A stretch of DNA of 64,000 nt from Lewinellaceae bacterium (GTDB taxonomy: Bacteria > Bacteroidota > Bacteroidia > Chitinophagales > Saprospiraceae): assembly GCA_020636255.1 (NCBI GenBank), contig JACJYE010000003.1, positions 125,538 through 189,537 of the forward strand. The letters are read 5' to 3'. The notes beneath the pieces were generated by a model. It was given only the letters and a program-made list of their open reading frames with translations. It was not told the origin of the DNA and did not search any database. Positions 50,410 through 60,703 of this stretch are shown here, in pieces (position 1 is the stretch's first letter; each line of letters opens with the position of its first letter). The translations under genes were made by a program, and so were the position numbers.

Positions 50410-51024
50410 CTACCCCATCTCCGCCACTACGTCCTGGACTTCCGGCACCATGCGTTTCAGCATGCCTTCGATCCCGGCCTTAAGGGTAACCGTAGAGGAC
50501 GGGCAGCCGCTGCAGGCGCCCTGCATGGTGAGCACCACTGTACCTTTATCCCAGAGTTTGAACTCGATATTGCCGCCATCCATTTCAACGGCCGGCTTGA
50601 CGTAAGTGTCGATCAGGTCTCTGATCTTTTTGACGATCTCCACATCATCACCGCTGTACTCATAACCGGCGCCGCGCTCTTCCTCTATTTTGGCCATTGC
50701 CTCCTCGAAGCCTTCCTTGAGTATCTCACCGCCATCTTCCACGTATTTTTTGACAAACTCCTTGAGTTTGAGCATGAGGTCAGCCCACTCGTAATTCATC
50801 TCCTTGGTGATGGTCACGAAGTTGTTGCAGATATATACGCCTTTGACATAGGGTAGTTCAAAAAGGGCCGTAGCCAGGGGCGACCATTCAAGGGCCATTT
50901 CCTGGTCGCGAAAATCAGCCGTCCCGCGGAACAACATCCGGTTGGTTACAAACTTGAGCGACTCCGGGTTGGGCGTCTGCTCGGTATAGAGCATTACAGG
51001 GCTCTTGGTTACGGGATTGTTCAT
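50410..51024 (-). CDS. NifU-like Fe-S cluster assembly protein (Nfu_N + NifU C-terminal domain).
   Basis: 'MLYTEQTPNPESLKFV...' Nfu_N domain and C-terminal 'LTMQGACSGCPSSTVTLKAGIEGML' CxxC NifU motif. Confidence 0.85.
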   Translation of the reverse strand: MNNPVTKSPVMLYTEQTPNPESLKFVTNRMLFRGTADFRDQEMALEWSPLATALFELPYVKGVYICNNFVTITKEMNYEWADLMLKLKEFVKKYVEDGGEILKEGFEEAMAKIEEERGAGYEYSGDDVEIVKKIRDLIDTYVKPAVEMDGGNIEFKLWDKGTVVLTMQGACSGCPSSTVTLKAGIEGMLKRMVPEVQDVVAEMG

Positions 51025-51153
51025 TATCTGTTCCTTTTTACTGTATCCTGTGTTATTTAGATCAAATCTATGAAGGATAACAGATAAAAACAAAGGAGGT
51101 TTGCGCTTTTATAAAGTTCGTCACCCAATAATGGCCCGGCCTGCCTTTTTTTC

Positions 51154-53814
51154 TTACCTCAGAAAGCGGTATGTCAGCTTCAGCAGGAAGATATTCCGGG
51201 CCTTTTCGGAAAAAAGGTTATCCGTCAGGCTGGGGATCAGTTTATCTTCGGGATTGCCCATATTGGTGACGCCCTGCGACCAGACCAGGAAAAGTTCCGA
51301 CCCGGGAGTGTATTCCCAGCGGGCCACCATGTTGGAGCGGTACTGGATGAAATTGAAATCCGGCTCAGAAAACGTATAATCCGCTACACCGTCGAGGTTC
51401 TCGTCTACTTCGAATTCCTCATCCTGAGCATCGTATCCGATCTCGGCATCGGAATAAAGATGGAAACGGCCGTCAAAAGACTCCGCCATCGGGTCGGTGA
51501 TGTATTTGTAGTCCTCGTAGCGCCCTCTGGAGATGAAAGGCTGGCCGTAGTACTGCAAGGTCAGGTCGGGCGTAATGCTGTAATTGAGCCTGAAGGTGGC
51601 CGAAAAGGTCCGCTGGTCTACGGTGCCTGCGATATAACGGGTATCGTCCTGAAAATCCAGGCCGGTAACGTATTGTATCTTGCGTTCGTTCCGGTTGTAA
51701 CCCGGCCCTACCGAGAAATTCAGAGCGTTGGTGGGCTGTATACCTACCCAGATGGAATAGTCCTCTATGTGAACGGTCCTTGGGTCGCCCTTTTCAAAGC
51801 CCTGGGCAAAGAAGCAGTTGGCCTGGAACTGCACGATTTTGCGCTGGTCTGAATAGAAGTAGAACCAGGGCGCAATGCCTTTGGACCTTCTGAGCACCGG
51901 CCCTCCGAACAATGCGTTGTTGGAGATATCCTTGTTCTCATAGGTTACGCCGCCACCTAGGCCCCAGAAGTTTTTAAACGTGGCGTGGAGGTTGGTATTC
52001 ACCGCCTGATAAAGGTTGTTGCCTCCAAAGTCCCATCGTAGCCAGTGGTTGTAGTTCAGCTGCAACCTGCGGAATATGGAAAATGGGTCCGTCCAGCGGT
52101 AACCCGTCCAGAGGAAGTAGTTGATCTCGTCCGTGTTGGTCATGAAGCCGATGTCGTTGAGCTCCAGCTCGGGCGAACGCCAGGTAACGCCCGTTTCCAG
52201 CATCCATTTCTTATTCAGGCGGCCCACCTTGACCATGCCGCCGGTACCCACCAGCGAGGTAGCCGCACTGTCGACCTCGACATGTTTGGCGCCGGGGCGC
52301 TGGAACAGGTGCTCGAAGGAAGTCTGGGTGTTCAGTATAGCTTCCGCGCTGCCATCCACTCTGCTGAATACGCCATTGGCCGTAAGGAGCCAGGTGCGCC
52401 CTTTCCACCAATGCTGAAAATCGATGCCGCCGGTATACGCATCCTTGCGGAGAAAATCGAGGCCGGTACCGTCCAGATCGCGTTTGGTGGCCGTAAAGAT
52501 CCCGCCGACGACCGTTTCACCTTCGTTGAAATCCTGGGTCACCCGGCCCACAAAGTAATTGGTGAGCGGTTCGACTACCTCATTCCTGCGCTCCCCATTG
52601 AAATCGATGCGCGCCGTTTCCCTGGACGTGACGCTCTCGAGGATGCCAATGCCCAGCCCGCTTTTCGTCTTGCCGCTGAATTTTGCCGCGCCCAGAATGG
52701 CCGTGAAATCCGGTACATCCGCATACTCGCCATCTTGCAGATCCGGCGAACCATGCGGGCTTCCGCCAATGCGCCGGGAATAGAAAAGGTTGTCGGAAGT
52801 GAAAGGCCCGCCGGCTTCCGCATAGGTATAACCGTAGTCGAAGAGGTTGCGGTTCTCTACAAAAAATGGCCGGCGTTCGGAGAAAAATATCCTGAACCCG
52901 TCAAGGGTGAGCACCGAAGGGTCCGCTTCGACCTGCCCGAAATCGGGGTTGATGGTGAAGTCGAGCGTCAGGTCACTGGTCAGGCCGACCTTGCCGTCGA
53001 CACCACCGGTGAATTTATAGTCGGAACCCGTCGCAAAAGGGTTGCCTTCTTCTTTTTCGAAGGTTTCCGCCTGTGCAACGATATAGGGCTGTATCTCTAT
53101 CTGCTTTTGCGGCTTGATCCCTTCAAGCCCCCGCAATTCGCCGAAGCTGCTGACCCAGTTGCCGCTGTTCTGCGGTATGAACTGCCACACCGAACGCGAT
53201 TCCTCCCTGAAATCGCGGCGGGTGAACTGCAACCCCCATACCTGCTCTTCCTTGTTGCCATACCTGAACTGGCTCAACGGAATGCGTACTTCCGCCGACC
53301 AACCCAGTGAATCTACATTAGTTTTGGTGTTCCATATCGGGTTCCAGCTGGTATCCCAGTTTCCGCCATTATTGGAAATGAATTCATCGCCTTTTACCCC
53401 GGAAACGGAGGTCGTAAACGAAAAAGCGGTCCGCTTGTCGTGGTAGCTGTCGATATTGACCTCCACCCAATCCCCTTCGAAGCCGTCGCGCCTCGACATG
53501 CGCTTTACAATGCTGTCCGGCTCTGTATCATAACAACGAAAGGCGATGTAGAGATACCTGGCATCGTACAGGATCTTGAACTGGGTATTCTGCGTTGGGG
53601 CCTTACCCTCATAGGGAGAGCGCTGGACAAAATCGCCGCCCCAGCCGACGCTCAGCCAGGCCTCATCATCCAGCTTCCCGTCTATGACAGGTGGTTCACC
53701 AGTGACAGCCCTGGTCTCATAAATTTTTCTGGGAATGGAATCTTGTTCCTGCGCAAAGGCGGAATGAAGGATTAATATGAAGAAAAACAGAAAAACAGCG
53801 GGTGATCTCTTCAT
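51154..53814 (-). CDS. Large secreted protein, DUF5916-like with N-terminal CBM9-like carbohydrate-binding module.
   Basis: Signal peptide 'MKRSPAVFLFFFILILHSAFAQ'. 'IDGKLDDEAWLSVGWGGDFVQRSP...ILYDARYLYIAFRCYD' CBM9-like block. ~880-aa beta-rich remainder. Confidence 0.6.
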   Translation of the reverse strand: MKRSPAVFLFFFILILHSAFAQEQDSIPRKIYETRAVTGEPPVIDGKLDDEAWLSVGWGGDFVQRSPYEGKAPTQNTQFKILYDARYLYIAFRCYDTEPDSIVKRMSRRDGFEGDWVEVNIDSYHDKRTAFSFTTSVSGVKGDEFISNNGGNWDTSWNPIWNTKTNVDSLGWSAEVRIPLSQFRYGNKEEQVWGLQFTRRDFREESRSVWQFIPQNSGNWVSSFGELRGLEGIKPQKQIEIQPYIVAQAETFEKEEGNPFATGSDYKFTGGVDGKVGLTSDLTLDFTINPDFGQVEADPSVLTLDGFRIFFSERRPFFVENRNLFDYGYTYAEAGGPFTSDNLFYSRRIGGSPHGSPDLQDGEYADVPDFTAILGAAKFSGKTKSGLGIGILESVTSRETARIDFNGERRNEVVEPLTNYFVGRVTQDFNEGETVVGGIFTATKRDLDGTGLDFLRKDAYTGGIDFQHWWKGRTWLLTANGVFSRVDGSAEAILNTQTSFEHLFQRPGAKHVEVDSAATSLVGTGGMVKVGRLNKKWMLETGVTWRSPELELNDIGFMTNTDEINYFLWTGYRWTDPFSIFRRLQLNYNHWLRWDFGGNNLYQAVNTNLHATFKNFWGLGGGVTYENKDISNNALFGGPVLRRSKGIAPWFYFYSDQRKIVQFQANCFFAQGFEKGDPRTVHIEDYSIWVGIQPTNALNFSVGPGYNRNERKIQYVTGLDFQDDTRYIAGTVDQRTFSATFRLNYSITPDLTLQYYGQPFISRGRYEDYKYITDPMAESFDGRFHLYSDAEIGYDAQDEEFEVDENLDGVADYTFSEPDFNFIQYRSNMVARWEYTPGSELFLVWSQGVTNMGNPEDKLIPSLTDNLFSEKARNIFLLKLTYRFLR

Positions 53815-53993
53815 AGCAGTAGGGCATATTTCCTGTACGGCTCGCGCCAATAGCTAAAGACAACAGCCTTTTACAAAGGCTGCATTTGGCATCATTTTTT
53901 TGTAAAGTTGGCTCAAGATCCTCCTTTGAAGCCAAAGTCAATGTTTTTTTCGGCCATTGATACGGAATTGGAGACGGATGTTATTCGCCTCCT

Positions 53994-56015
53994 CTATTCC
54001 TTTAACCAGCGCGCGGCCTTCACCTCGCCGGCGAACTCAACCTGGAGAAAATACAGGCCCGCCGGGAGCCCGCTGACGTCCAGTTCGGCCGTATAATGCC
54101 CCGGCCCCGGCGGCGGCGGTAATGGCAGGAGGATACCGCTGGCCGTGCTCAGTCGCCACTGCCCCGGCGGCTCGCTGCCTGCCCATTCCACATAGAGCCG
54201 CTCGTGGGCCGGCGCCGGCCAGAGGCGCAACATGGGCACAACGGGCTCAAAGGCCGCGGATACAGGGCCGTACCAGCTTTCTTTACCATCGAAATCCACC
54301 TGTCGCAGGCGGTAATAGTTGGGGCCGGGGGAAGGGCGCTCATCGATAAACGCATAAGCTGTTTCCTGCTGGATATAACCTTTGCCCGGCATTTTGCCGA
54401 TCAGCTTCCAGGATGCTTCGGCTGTGCCCCGGCGCCAGATCTCGAAGTGGCTGTTGCCCGATTCCTGCGCCGTTCGCCAGTAGAGGCGCACCTGCTCATT
54501 TTGTACTCTGGCGTAAAAATCAAGCAGCTCGACAGGCAGGGCCGACGCTGTTGCGGCCAAAGCGTCGATGCGGCCATACCCATAAGTATTGTTCGGGATG
54601 GCCTCGGGGCCGTCGCCGCCGCAGCCATTGCTGGCCGTAAGCCCCAGGGCAGTGTTTTTCAACATGCCGGTAATGGCGCCCACATTGCCGGCCATTTCCG
54701 GTTTTGCCGACAGAAGCAGGGCCACGGCCCCAACCACATGCGGGCCAGCCATGCTCGTACCACTCTTTATCGAATACCCCGTGCCGATCGTAGCCGAACG
54801 CACGCCCACGCCCGGCGCCGCTACATCGGGTTTCATACGGCCGCTACCGTCCACCGTCACCGGGCCGCGGCTGCTGAAGCTGGCGATGAGGTCGCTACTG
54901 CTCGTTGCGCCTACGGAGAAACTGTTTTCAAAGATGGCGGCAGGGGTATTCACCGTACTACAGGAAGGGCCGCTGTTGCCGGCGGAAACCACGACTACGA
55001 TACCCGCCGCTACGAGGTTGTTGACTGCCGTTTCCATTATGCTGAAGTTGGCCGTATTACACCCTTCATCCGGAGGGCAGCTCCAGGAGTTGTTGATCAC
55101 ATGGGGCGCCAGAGCGGAATTGCCCTGGGCTGGCACGCCGCCTACGGGATAAGGCGCCAGGAACCATTCAAAACATTCAAGGTAAGAGCTGAGGGTGCCC
55201 CAGCCGCGCTCCATATTGCGGCACCCGATCCAGTGAGCGCCGGGGGCGACGCCTATCTGATTGGCGCCGCCATCATCTCCAACCATGGTGCCCATAGTGT
55301 GGGTGCCATGGCTGTCATCGTCGCAAGGCGCGCTGGAATCCAGGCCGCAGGGGTTGGAGCCGGAATTATGGATATCGAGTTGGTGGATCGCATCGTGTCA
55401 GTTGTAATCGTGGCTGGCCGAAGAGCCGTTCCAGCCCCGGTACTGGCCGATCAGCGCCGGATGATCCCAATCGTAACCCGTATCCTGCCCGCCAACTATT
55501 ATGCCCTGGCCGGAATAGCCCAGGGCCCACACATCGTCGGCGTTGATCTTCGCAACGCCCCATTCTGCAGCGCGCCACTCCAACCCCTCGTCCGGCCTGC
55601 TATCCACAGGAGCGGGGTATTGTACCGGAGCATCGTAGATAAGCTTGCGCACTTCAGGTTTCCGGGCCACGGCCTCCAGTATCTGCCGCCCGCCGACAAC
55701 CCTGATGGCATTGACCAGATAATACGGACGGTATTCGACGCCGCGTTCTTTCAGCAAGGCGGCCAGGTTTTCCTGGGTAGCCTCCGCGCGGGCGCGTAAA
55801 GCCTGGAAAACGAACGCCCCTTTGGCCGGTTTATCGCGCAGGGCATAGGCCCCGTCGAGGTTTGCCTGCTCTGCCAGAATGATAAAAAATGGCGCCATGC
55901 GGCCATCTGCCGTACGCTCCCACAACTGGGGTTCGGCCTTATCCCGCCAGGAAGCATCTTGTGCCTGTAATGAATAAAAGTTCAGGATCAGAAAGAGCAA
56001 AACCAGTTTCTTCAT
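53994..56015 (-). pseudogene. Subtilisin-family (S8) peptidase with T9SS type-A CTD, interrupted by a single in-frame TGA (55398-55400) between the catalytic Asp and His.
   Basis: The upstream ORF ends '...GGQDTGYDWDHPAL...HDYN*'. The same frame resumes directly after the TGA: 'HDAIHQLDIHNSGSNPCGLDSSAPCDDDSHGTHTMGTMVGDDGG...GTSMAGPHVVGA...LPAGLYFLQVEF'. Asp, His and Ser motifs are all in one frame. Other genes in the window (e.g. katG) use TGA as a stop. Confidence 0.7.
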
Positions 56016-56192
56016 GACGTCTTTCTTAATGGGGAGTGATAAAAGCTGGAACGCGGGTTAAAGGCCCTCGGGCATTATACAGGTATTAAATATATAGAAA
56101 ATATTTGAGCCCTGTCGGGTGTTTCGAAAGAAGGTGCTGGTTTATGCTTTATAGATGAAAAGACGAGGCCATTCAGGTAAGGGAAGCCCTCT

Positions 56193-56786
56193 TCACTCCC
56201 CAAAAACCTCATCCAGGCCGATCTCAAACCCGGGGAAAACCCCCACAGGCGCTTTTTCATCCCTTGTGAAAGGCGTTTGGCGAAGCAGATGGTAGCGCCC
56301 GTCGGCCTGCAGGCGGTAGATGAGCAGGGTGCCCTCATGGGGGTGCGCCACCCAGTATTCGCGTACACCGGCGTGCTCGTATAACGCGTACTTTTCGTTG
56401 AGGTCTTTGGAAGCGGTGCTTTTGGAAAGTATCTCAACGATCCAGTCCGGAGCGCCGTGGCAGCCGCGTTCGTCCAGCTTATCAGGGTCGCAGATGATGC
56501 TGATGTCGGGTTGCACGACCGTGTCGATCTGGCCAGCTGACTGCCTGCCGGGGGGCAGGCGGACGTCGAACGGTGCGGCAAAAGCCTGGCAGGGCTGGCC
56601 AAGGAGATGGTTGGCAATAAGGCGGAACAAATTGCCTGATAAACGCTGATGGGAAGTCCCTGGAGCTGGCGACATCCGAAAGATTTTACCCCCGATAAGC
56701 TCTACCATCTCATCGAACTGCCAGGTGAGATAGTCGGCATACGTATAGCGCTTGCTAAGGTCGAGCTTGTTGATGTCCGAGATCAT
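56193..56786 (-). CDS. Uma2-family (DUF820) PD-(D/E)XK putative endonuclease.
   Basis: 'YTYADYLTW...ELIGGKIFRMSPAPGTSHQ', 'QPDISIICD', 'GAPDWIVEILSKSTASKDLNEKYALYEHAGVREYWV' match Uma2 conserved blocks. Start at internal Met 56786 after an AT-rich promoter-like stretch. Confidence 0.75.
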   Translation of the reverse strand: MISDINKLDLSKRYTYADYLTWQFDEMVELIGGKIFRMSPAPGTSHQRLSGNLFRLIANHLLGQPCQAFAAPFDVRLPPGRQSAGQIDTVVQPDISIICDPDKLDERGCHGAPDWIVEILSKSTASKDLNEKYALYEHAGVREYWVAHPHEGTLLIYRLQADGRYHLLRQTPFTRDEKAPVGVFPGFEIGLDEVFGE

Positions 56787-57083
56787 CGACGGTTGATTTG
56801 TTATAAAAATACAAATTGTAACGAAATGGTTCAACACACCACCCACTAAACAAAACCAGCCGCCCACTCATACTCGCTTGTTTCTCAGCGCCGGAAAACC
56901 ATAGCTTTGCAGCAGCTTTTTTACCACCTAAAACCCGTACTGATGAAAAAACACCCTGATGCTTCAGCCTCAAAGGCCGCTGCCGGCGCCAGCCCCAGAG
57001 CCGTAAAATGCCTGCCTGGCAGCAGGCCCTTCCAAAAACTGTCTTTACTATCGGTAGCCGTACATGTCAAGCAGGCAGGCAGC

Positions 57084-57227
57084 ATGTTCCCCTTGCTGGC
57101 CCTGGTGATCCTGGTACTTGTAGCTATCCTGTATTTCTTTCTGGCCAAACCGATACTGGACATGGACTTCGATATCAGCCCCGACAACCAGGAACTGGTA
57201 CAGATCTACGAGGAATTGTGGGATTGA
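57084..57227 (+). CDS. Possible 47-aa single-TM small protein.
   Basis: 'MFPLLALVILVLVAILYFFLAKPILDMDFDISPDNQELVQIYEELWD*'. No homology, weak evidence. Confidence 0.2.
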   Translation: MFPLLALVILVLVAILYFFLAKPILDMDFDISPDNQELVQIYEELWD

Positions 57228-57232
57228 CCAGG

Positions 57233-58117
57233 CTACAAGGCCATCTCGGCCCAGGTGAACACCGTTTCATAGCCTTTGCTGCGCAGGTACTGCCGCGTCA
57301 TTTCTCCGGGTTGCGTGCTGATGGCCATAGCAAAATCGCCGCCCCAGGCGCCCAGCGACTTTACGGCGCCCGGAAAATCGGGGAACAGCGCCTCCTTAAC
57401 GGTGGGTAGCCCCAACGCCCGGCTCACCAGTGTTTCATGCTCCTGTACAATGCGGGCGGCTGCCTCGGCGCTCCGGGCCTGAAGGAACCTGAGGGTGAGT
57501 GAAGAGATCGCCTCTGCGGCTGCAGCCGGCTCTTTTACCTGCTTCCGGTAGCGGGCGATGCCTAACCGGCTGTCCTGCTTGCGGTTGAGGTATACAAAAC
57601 AGATATGCCCGGCGAAGGGAGGCTTGTAGGGGCATTCCACGTAATGAGCAACGCCATCGCGGCGCTGGAATAAAACAGGCTGTCCAGATAACGCACAGGC
57701 CAGGTCGTAACCCGAGCCGCCGAAGGTATCGGCCAGCAAAGCGAAAGGGTCTACTTTCGCCCACAACCCCAGCGCAGCGACGAGCGTGGAACTGCTGCCC
57801 AGCCCCCATTCCCGGGGAAAGCTCAGGCGCGCTTCAAAGCGCAATGCACTCTTGTCTTGCCAGAAGCCCGGACGCTGCTTTTTTATGGCCTGGAACAGGC
57901 CCTCCAGCCGCTCCCCTACCCCGGCATCACTGCCCCCCTGGTAAGCGCCCTGCGGCGAAAAGCGCCCTTCAAACCAGGGCAGGCCGTCGTACCCCAGGCT
58001 CACCCACTGGTGGCTGCCATTATCCATAACAGGCACTACCCGCAAGTGCTGGCCAAAGCGCACCGGCACGCCCAGGGCCAGCGCTCCGTCAAGCACGAAG
58101 TATTCACCTGTGAGCAA
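57233..58117 (-). CDS. GYDIA-family GHMP kinase (Bacteroidetes mevalonate-pathway kinase).
   Basis: 'WGLGSSSTLVAALGLW' GHMP ATP motif and 'GGSGYDLACAL' (GYDIA-like motif). Adjacent to HMG-CoA reductase and IDI-2. There is no ATG/GTG upstream; the ORF track starts at a TTG inside the conserved N-terminal block. Confidence 0.75.
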   Translation of the reverse strand: MLTGEYFVLDGALALGVPVRFGQHLRVVPVMDNGSHQWVSLGYDGLPWFEGRFSPQGAYQGGSDAGVGERLEGLFQAIKKQRPGFWQDKSALRFEARLSFPREWGLGSSSTLVAALGLWAKVDPFALLADTFGGSGYDLACALSGQPVLFQRRDGVAHYVECPYKPPFAGHICFVYLNRKQDSRLGIARYRKQVKEPAAAAEAISSLTLRFLQARSAEAAARIVQEHETLVSRALGLPTVKEALFPDFPGAVKSLGAWGGDFAMAISTQPGEMTRQYLRSKGYETVFTWAEMAL

Positions 58118-58235
58118 CAGTTTTCCGTGGGTGTAAATGGCCTGTTCGATAGCTGTAGTATTGTTTTAAAAGCGTTCCTGGAAATGGTTCTTAATTTCTG
58201 AAGCCTTGGTTCTGTCCGGAAGAAACCAGGAACCT

Positions 58236-58271
58236 TATACCCTTTACCCTTTACCCTTTACCCTTTACCCT
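58236..58271. repeat. (TTTACCC)n = (GGGTAAA)n heptanucleotide microsatellite (4-5 units) overlapping the 3' end and stop of the HMG-CoA reductase gene.
   Basis: 'taccctttaccctttaccctttaccctttaccctca'. On the minus strand it encodes '...VRVKGKG*'. Second locus of the repeat seen at argH. Confidence 0.9.
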
Positions 58272-59597
58272 CACTTCCCGGCGTGCCAGGGCCAGAAATT
58301 CCCGCACAGCAGTAAAAGATACGGCTTTATCGCTGAAATAACCGACAGCTTCCCGGGCTTCCTGCTCGGTGGCTGCCAGGTGGTTGAGGATATTCATGAG
58401 GTGCATTTTCATGTGCCCTTTCTGAATGCCGGTAGTGACCAGCGACCGCAGTGCAGCGAAGTTTTGCGCCAGGCCGGTCGCAGCGATGATGCCCATCAGC
58501 TCCGGAGCACTGGGGTTGCCGAGCATTTCCAGCGAGCGCCGGGCTATGGGGTGCAGGCGTGTTAGCCCTCCTACGGTGCCCAATGCAAGCGGCAGGTCGA
58601 GCCAGAAGCGGAAAATGCCGTTCTCGGCCGTGCAATGGCTCAGGCTGCGGTACTGGCCGTCGCGCGCCGCATAGGTATGCCCACAGGCCTCTATGGCCCG
58701 AAAGTCGTTGCCGGTGGCCAGCACTACGGCATCCACACCGTTGAAGATCCCCTTGTTATGCGTAGTGGCCCGGTAAGGGTCGATCTGTGCAATGCGCACA
58801 GCTTTGGTGAATTTCCTGACGAACTCCTCCGGCGACATAGGGTCGTCGGGGCCTATGGCCAGCGCTTCCACGGGGCACTCTACCGAGGCTCTCACGATGC
58901 ACTCCGGCGTGTAATTGGACAGTATCGCCATGATGGCCTCCAGCTGCCGCTCTGCACCCTCAAAGGCAGGATGCTCCTGCACGAATATCTGCAAGGTGCT
59001 GCTGAATTCCTCCAGTACCGAGTTGATGAAATTGGCGCCCATGGAGTCGCAGGTCTCGAAGTGTACTTCAAGCTGATAGTAATACGGTTCCAATTGGCTC
59101 ATATCGCGAAGCCGGATATCCAGCACCCCGCCGCCACGCTGCTCCATATTGGCCGTGAGGTGCGCCGCATCGTGCCGCAAGCGGGCCTCCAGTTCCTGGA
59201 AATGGCGCTGCAGCTTCTGTACGTCGCCTTCCCAGATAAAATGCACATGCCCCAGTTTTCTGGTGGAAAGGACTTCCGCTTTGAACCCGCCCCGGCTCAT
59301 CCAGTATTTGGCAGCACTCGATGCGGCAGCCACTACCGAGCTTTCTTCAATGGCCATCGGCACGGCGTAGGCCCTGCCATTGATCAGAAAGTTGGGGGCC
59401 ACTCCGAACGGCAGGTAATAATTGCTGATGGTGTTCTCACTGAACCCATCCAGCACGCGCTGCACCTCTTCATTCTGATGCCAGAAGCCCTTCAGCTCTT
59501 CAGCCGCCTGCTCCGGGCCCTGAAAGAATTGTTCGGCGACCCAGGCTACCTTTTCCGCCTTACTCAGCCTGGAAAAGCCGCTTATCGTTTTTTTCAT
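58251..59597 (-). CDS. Hydroxymethylglutaryl-CoA reductase.
   Basis: 'DAMGANFINSVLE', 'GTVGG', 'ENTISNYYLPFGVAPNFLINGRAYAVPMAIEESSVVAAAS' HMG-CoA reductase blocks. Confidence 0.9.
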   Translation of the reverse strand: MKKTISGFSRLSKAEKVAWVAEQFFQGPEQAAEELKGFWHQNEEVQRVLDGFSENTISNYYLPFGVAPNFLINGRAYAVPMAIEESSVVAAASSAAKYWMSRGGFKAEVLSTRKLGHVHFIWEGDVQKLQRHFQELEARLRHDAAHLTANMEQRGGGVLDIRLRDMSQLEPYYYQLEVHFETCDSMGANFINSVLEEFSSTLQIFVQEHPAFEGAERQLEAIMAILSNYTPECIVRASVECPVEALAIGPDDPMSPEEFVRKFTKAVRIAQIDPYRATTHNKGIFNGVDAVVLATGNDFRAIEACGHTYAARDGQYRSLSHCTAENGIFRFWLDLPLALGTVGGLTRLHPIARRSLEMLGNPSAPELMGIIAATGLAQNFAALRSLVTTGIQKGHMKMHLMNILNHLAATEQEAREAVGYFSDKAVSFTAVREFLALARREVRVKGKG

Positions 59598-59626
59598 GGT
59601 ACCTTATTGTATCCTGCAATCTCTAT

Positions 59627-60703
59627 TTATTCATGGCTAAGCCGGGGCCTTACCCGCAGAAAGGCCGAAGCCAGTTCCAGGCCCCGTATCTGCGCATCGG
59701 CGTATTCGTACAACTGCTCGTAACTGCCCCGCGCATGCCGCAGAAACTCCGAAGCCTGCCCATAGATGCTGTTGAGCTTAAGCGTATTGATCAGGTAATA
59801 ACCATCGAGAAAATTCTTGATGCCGCCCGAGATGATCACCTGCCTGCACCGCATTCGTTCGCCCAGCGCTTCGGCCAGGGCATTGGTATAATGCACCATC
59901 TCCTCAGCGCTATGCCCAACATAGGCCAGCGGTTCATAGATCGCAGCTTTGTCGCCTTCCCCCCGCAACATTTCCAGCTTAGCGAAATTGGTGCCGCCGC
60001 TGGCGGCGAAATCAACGGCAGCCAAAGGCAGCTGAAGCAATGCTTTCAGGCTTTCATAGCCCATGCCCTGCCCTACTTCCTTCACGATGACAGGCATATC
60101 CACTTTTTCAAGAAAATCGCTTATCGTATGCAAAGGCGGGCGGTTGAAGCGGTCGCCTTCGGGTTGCAGCCATTCCTGTAAAGGATTGACATGAATGATC
60201 AGCCCATCGGCCTGTAGCTTGCTTACCAGATCTCTCACTTTCTGAAGCTGCCCTGCCTGTATCAGCTCCTCGATCTGGGCAACGCCAAGATTGGCAAAGA
60301 ACGGAAAATCATCGCCAATAAGGTGGCGCACATCAAAATCGTCCAGGCGCTCATCGCTGTACAGCAGCGGCCGGCACGAACCCAGGCCCATGCCCATACC
60401 GAAATCCTTGCAGGCGCGGGCGAGGTTGTGATTGATCGTCTTCGCCAGTTGCGTGCCCCCCGTCATGCTCGATACCCATAGTGGCGAGCGCATGGCCTTG
60501 CCCAGAAAAAGGAAACGCTTCATGCTGTCGCGCTTCGGATGGCCCGATAGCAAAGGCTCATAGTAAAAACGGCGGTCCAGGCCGCTCTGCGTTATCTGAG
60601 AACGGAATGCCAGTTCGATATGATCCCGTTTGCGCGATTCGGCAGTGGGGTCATCTTTTGGTGATAAGGTATCCACACTATTTGCTTTGCTGGTGAAGGA
60701 CAT
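59627..60703 (-). CDS. fni: Isopentenyl-diphosphate delta-isomerase type 2 (FMN-dependent).
   Basis: 'RKRDHIELAF', 'VSSMTGGT', 'VIVKEVGQGMG', 'AAVDFAASGGTNFAKLE' IDI-2 TIM-barrel motifs. Confidence 0.88.
   Translation of the reverse strand: MSFTSKANSVDTLSPKDDPTAESRKRDHIELAFRSQITQSGLDRRFYYEPLLSGHPKRDSMKRFLFLGKAMRSPLWVSSMTGGTQLAKTINHNLARACKDFGMGMGLGSCRPLLYSDERLDDFDVRHLIGDDFPFFANLGVAQIEELIQAGQLQKVRDLVSKLQADGLIIHVNPLQEWLQPEGDRFNRPPLHTISDFLEKVDMPVIVKEVGQGMGYESLKALLQLPLAAVDFAASGGTNFAKLEMLRGEGDKAAIYEPLAYVGHSAEEMVHYTNALAEALGERMRCRQVIISGGIKNFLDGYYLINTLKLNSIYGQASEFLRHARGSYEQLYEYADAQIRGLELASAFLRVRPRLSHE

Noticed and set aside
55398-55400. In-frame TGA in the S8 peptidase as selenocysteine or a reassigned codon.
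   Set aside because: TGA terminates other genes here (katG). The position is not a conserved Cys site. No SECIS-like stem-loop follows, and Bacteroidota are not known to reassign UGA. Nonsense mutation or sequencing error is more parsimonious.
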